Of a stretch of DNA of 64,000 nucleotides, positions 63,241 through 64,000 are shown piece by piece. The stretch is taken from contig CBDCKN010000009.1 in NCBI GenBank assembly GCA_965218295.1, positions 320,001-384,000 on the forward strand, written 5' to 3'. The notes beneath the pieces are model-generated. The model saw nothing but the letters and a program-made list of their open reading frames with translations, had not been told where the DNA came from and ran no database searches. Source of the stretch: Longimicrobiales bacterium. GTDB taxonomy: Bacteria > Gemmatimonadota > Gemmatimonadetes > Longimicrobiales > Gaopeijiaceae. The position numbers were made by a program, and so were the translations under genes. Position 1 is the stretch's first letter. The number at the start of each line of letters is the position of its first letter.

Positions 63241-63284
63241 GGTGGTGTCCCAGAAGTTTGCGAGCCACCGAGAGTGCCGAAGCG
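63237..63284. repeat. inverted right-end fragment of the MITE-like repeat
   Basis: CTAGGGTGGTGTCCCAGAAGTTTGCGAGCCACCGAGAGTGCCGA is close to the reverse complement of the copy 1 right end. Its TAG is the holin-like gene stop. Confidence 0.85.
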
Positions 63285-63496
63285 GTGGGGCCTCCGGAAC
63301 CTCAGGTTCGGCGCCCCGACGGTGACGCACGGTGATCCCGTGACGGGCGTGATGATCGCGGCCGGCGACGTGCGCCGGGAGACCTCGTCTCTGGCCTGGT
63401 GAAGATGCTCGAAGCCCATCCTGGCTGCCGTCATGTGTATCGACATGGTGCTCAAGGAGTAGAGGTCCTGCCGACCTAGCCTAGCTGATCGTTCAC

Positions 63497-64000
63497 CTAG
63501 CTGATCGTTCCGCTCAGGGCCTTCACCAACCGGTACAGGAACTCCTGGCCCTCGAGGAACGACTTGATGAGGATGCGCTCGTCCTGTCCGTGGGCGCGGG
63601 CGTCGTCCACGTCGCCGAAGATGCCCGACACACCGTAGACCGGAATCCCCGCCCGCCTCAAGTAGAGACCGTCCGTTGCGCCGGTGCTCATGACCGGTAC
63701 GACGGGCACGCCCGGCCACATCTCCTCGGTGATCCGCTCGATGGGGCCAAGGACCTCGGCGCTGAGGGGTGAAGGGGGACTGGGGTTGGGCGTTGCGTCC
63801 GGGGTGATCTCCACTGCGGATCCCCCGATTCGCCTCAGCGTGGCCAGGACCGCTGCTGGGTCTTGGTTCGGGAGGATCCGGCAATTCACCATGGCCTCGG
63901 CAGTCTGGGGAAGGGCGTTGTCGGCGTGGCCGCCGCTCAGCCGCGTGGCGACGCAGGTGGTTCTCATGCGGGCGTTGTAGTGGGGGAAGGCTTGCAGGCG
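63497..64000 (-). CDS. M20/M25/M40 family metallopeptidase, C-terminal part
   Basis: GGHADNALP, NCRILP, GATD and AHGQDERI; runs off the right window edge. Confidence 0.88.
   Translation of the reverse strand, partial: RLQAFPHYNARMRTTCVATRLSGGHADNALPQTAEAMVNCRILPNQDPAAVLATLRRIGGSAVEITPDATPNPSPPSPLSAEVLGPIERITEEMWPGVPVVPVMSTGATDGLYLRRAGIPVYGVSGIFGDVDDARAHGQDERILIKSFLEGQEFLYRLVKALSGTIS

Noticed and set aside
63330..63462. Plus-strand tail ILAAVMCIDMVLKE*, reminiscent of a LURP-one/scramblase C-terminus
   Set aside because: Too short and lacks a supporting upstream frame.

Overview
High-GC diderm bacterial chromosome segment. Gene content and style suggest Gemmatimonadota, which is an inference only. 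The left half (1-33.6 kb) is mostly housekeeping: waaA, an ABC exporter, uvrA, gyrA, a split xdhC with a mocA-like gene, fadJ, metG, ricT and accA. About 33.7-51.6 kb is an accessory region around a tRNA-Asn(GTT). It holds prpE, a decayed sulfite-oxidase/cytochrome c pair, four recently duplicated and diverging tannase/feruloyl-esterase (MHETase-like) genes, a CocE/NonD hydrolase, and remnants of IS21, IS110, IS3 and several genes. Next is a deletion-eroded tryptophan/anthranilate-CoA catabolic cluster, then an NHEJ locus (ligD, ku and an uncharacterised MerR-HTH/TPR gene). The most notable observations are: (1) a dispersed ~165-bp structured MITE-like element with TGT...ACA ends and CTAG flanks, whose ends coincide with the TAG stop codons of five genes and whose hairpins show compensatory changes; (2) the esterase array with active-site-loop diversification, including a copy that lost both cysteines of the CS-D-HC disulfide; (3) a candidate third NHEJ component; (4) about eight frameshifts or deletions confined to accessory genes. 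All calls come from reading motifs by eye; no database searches were run.
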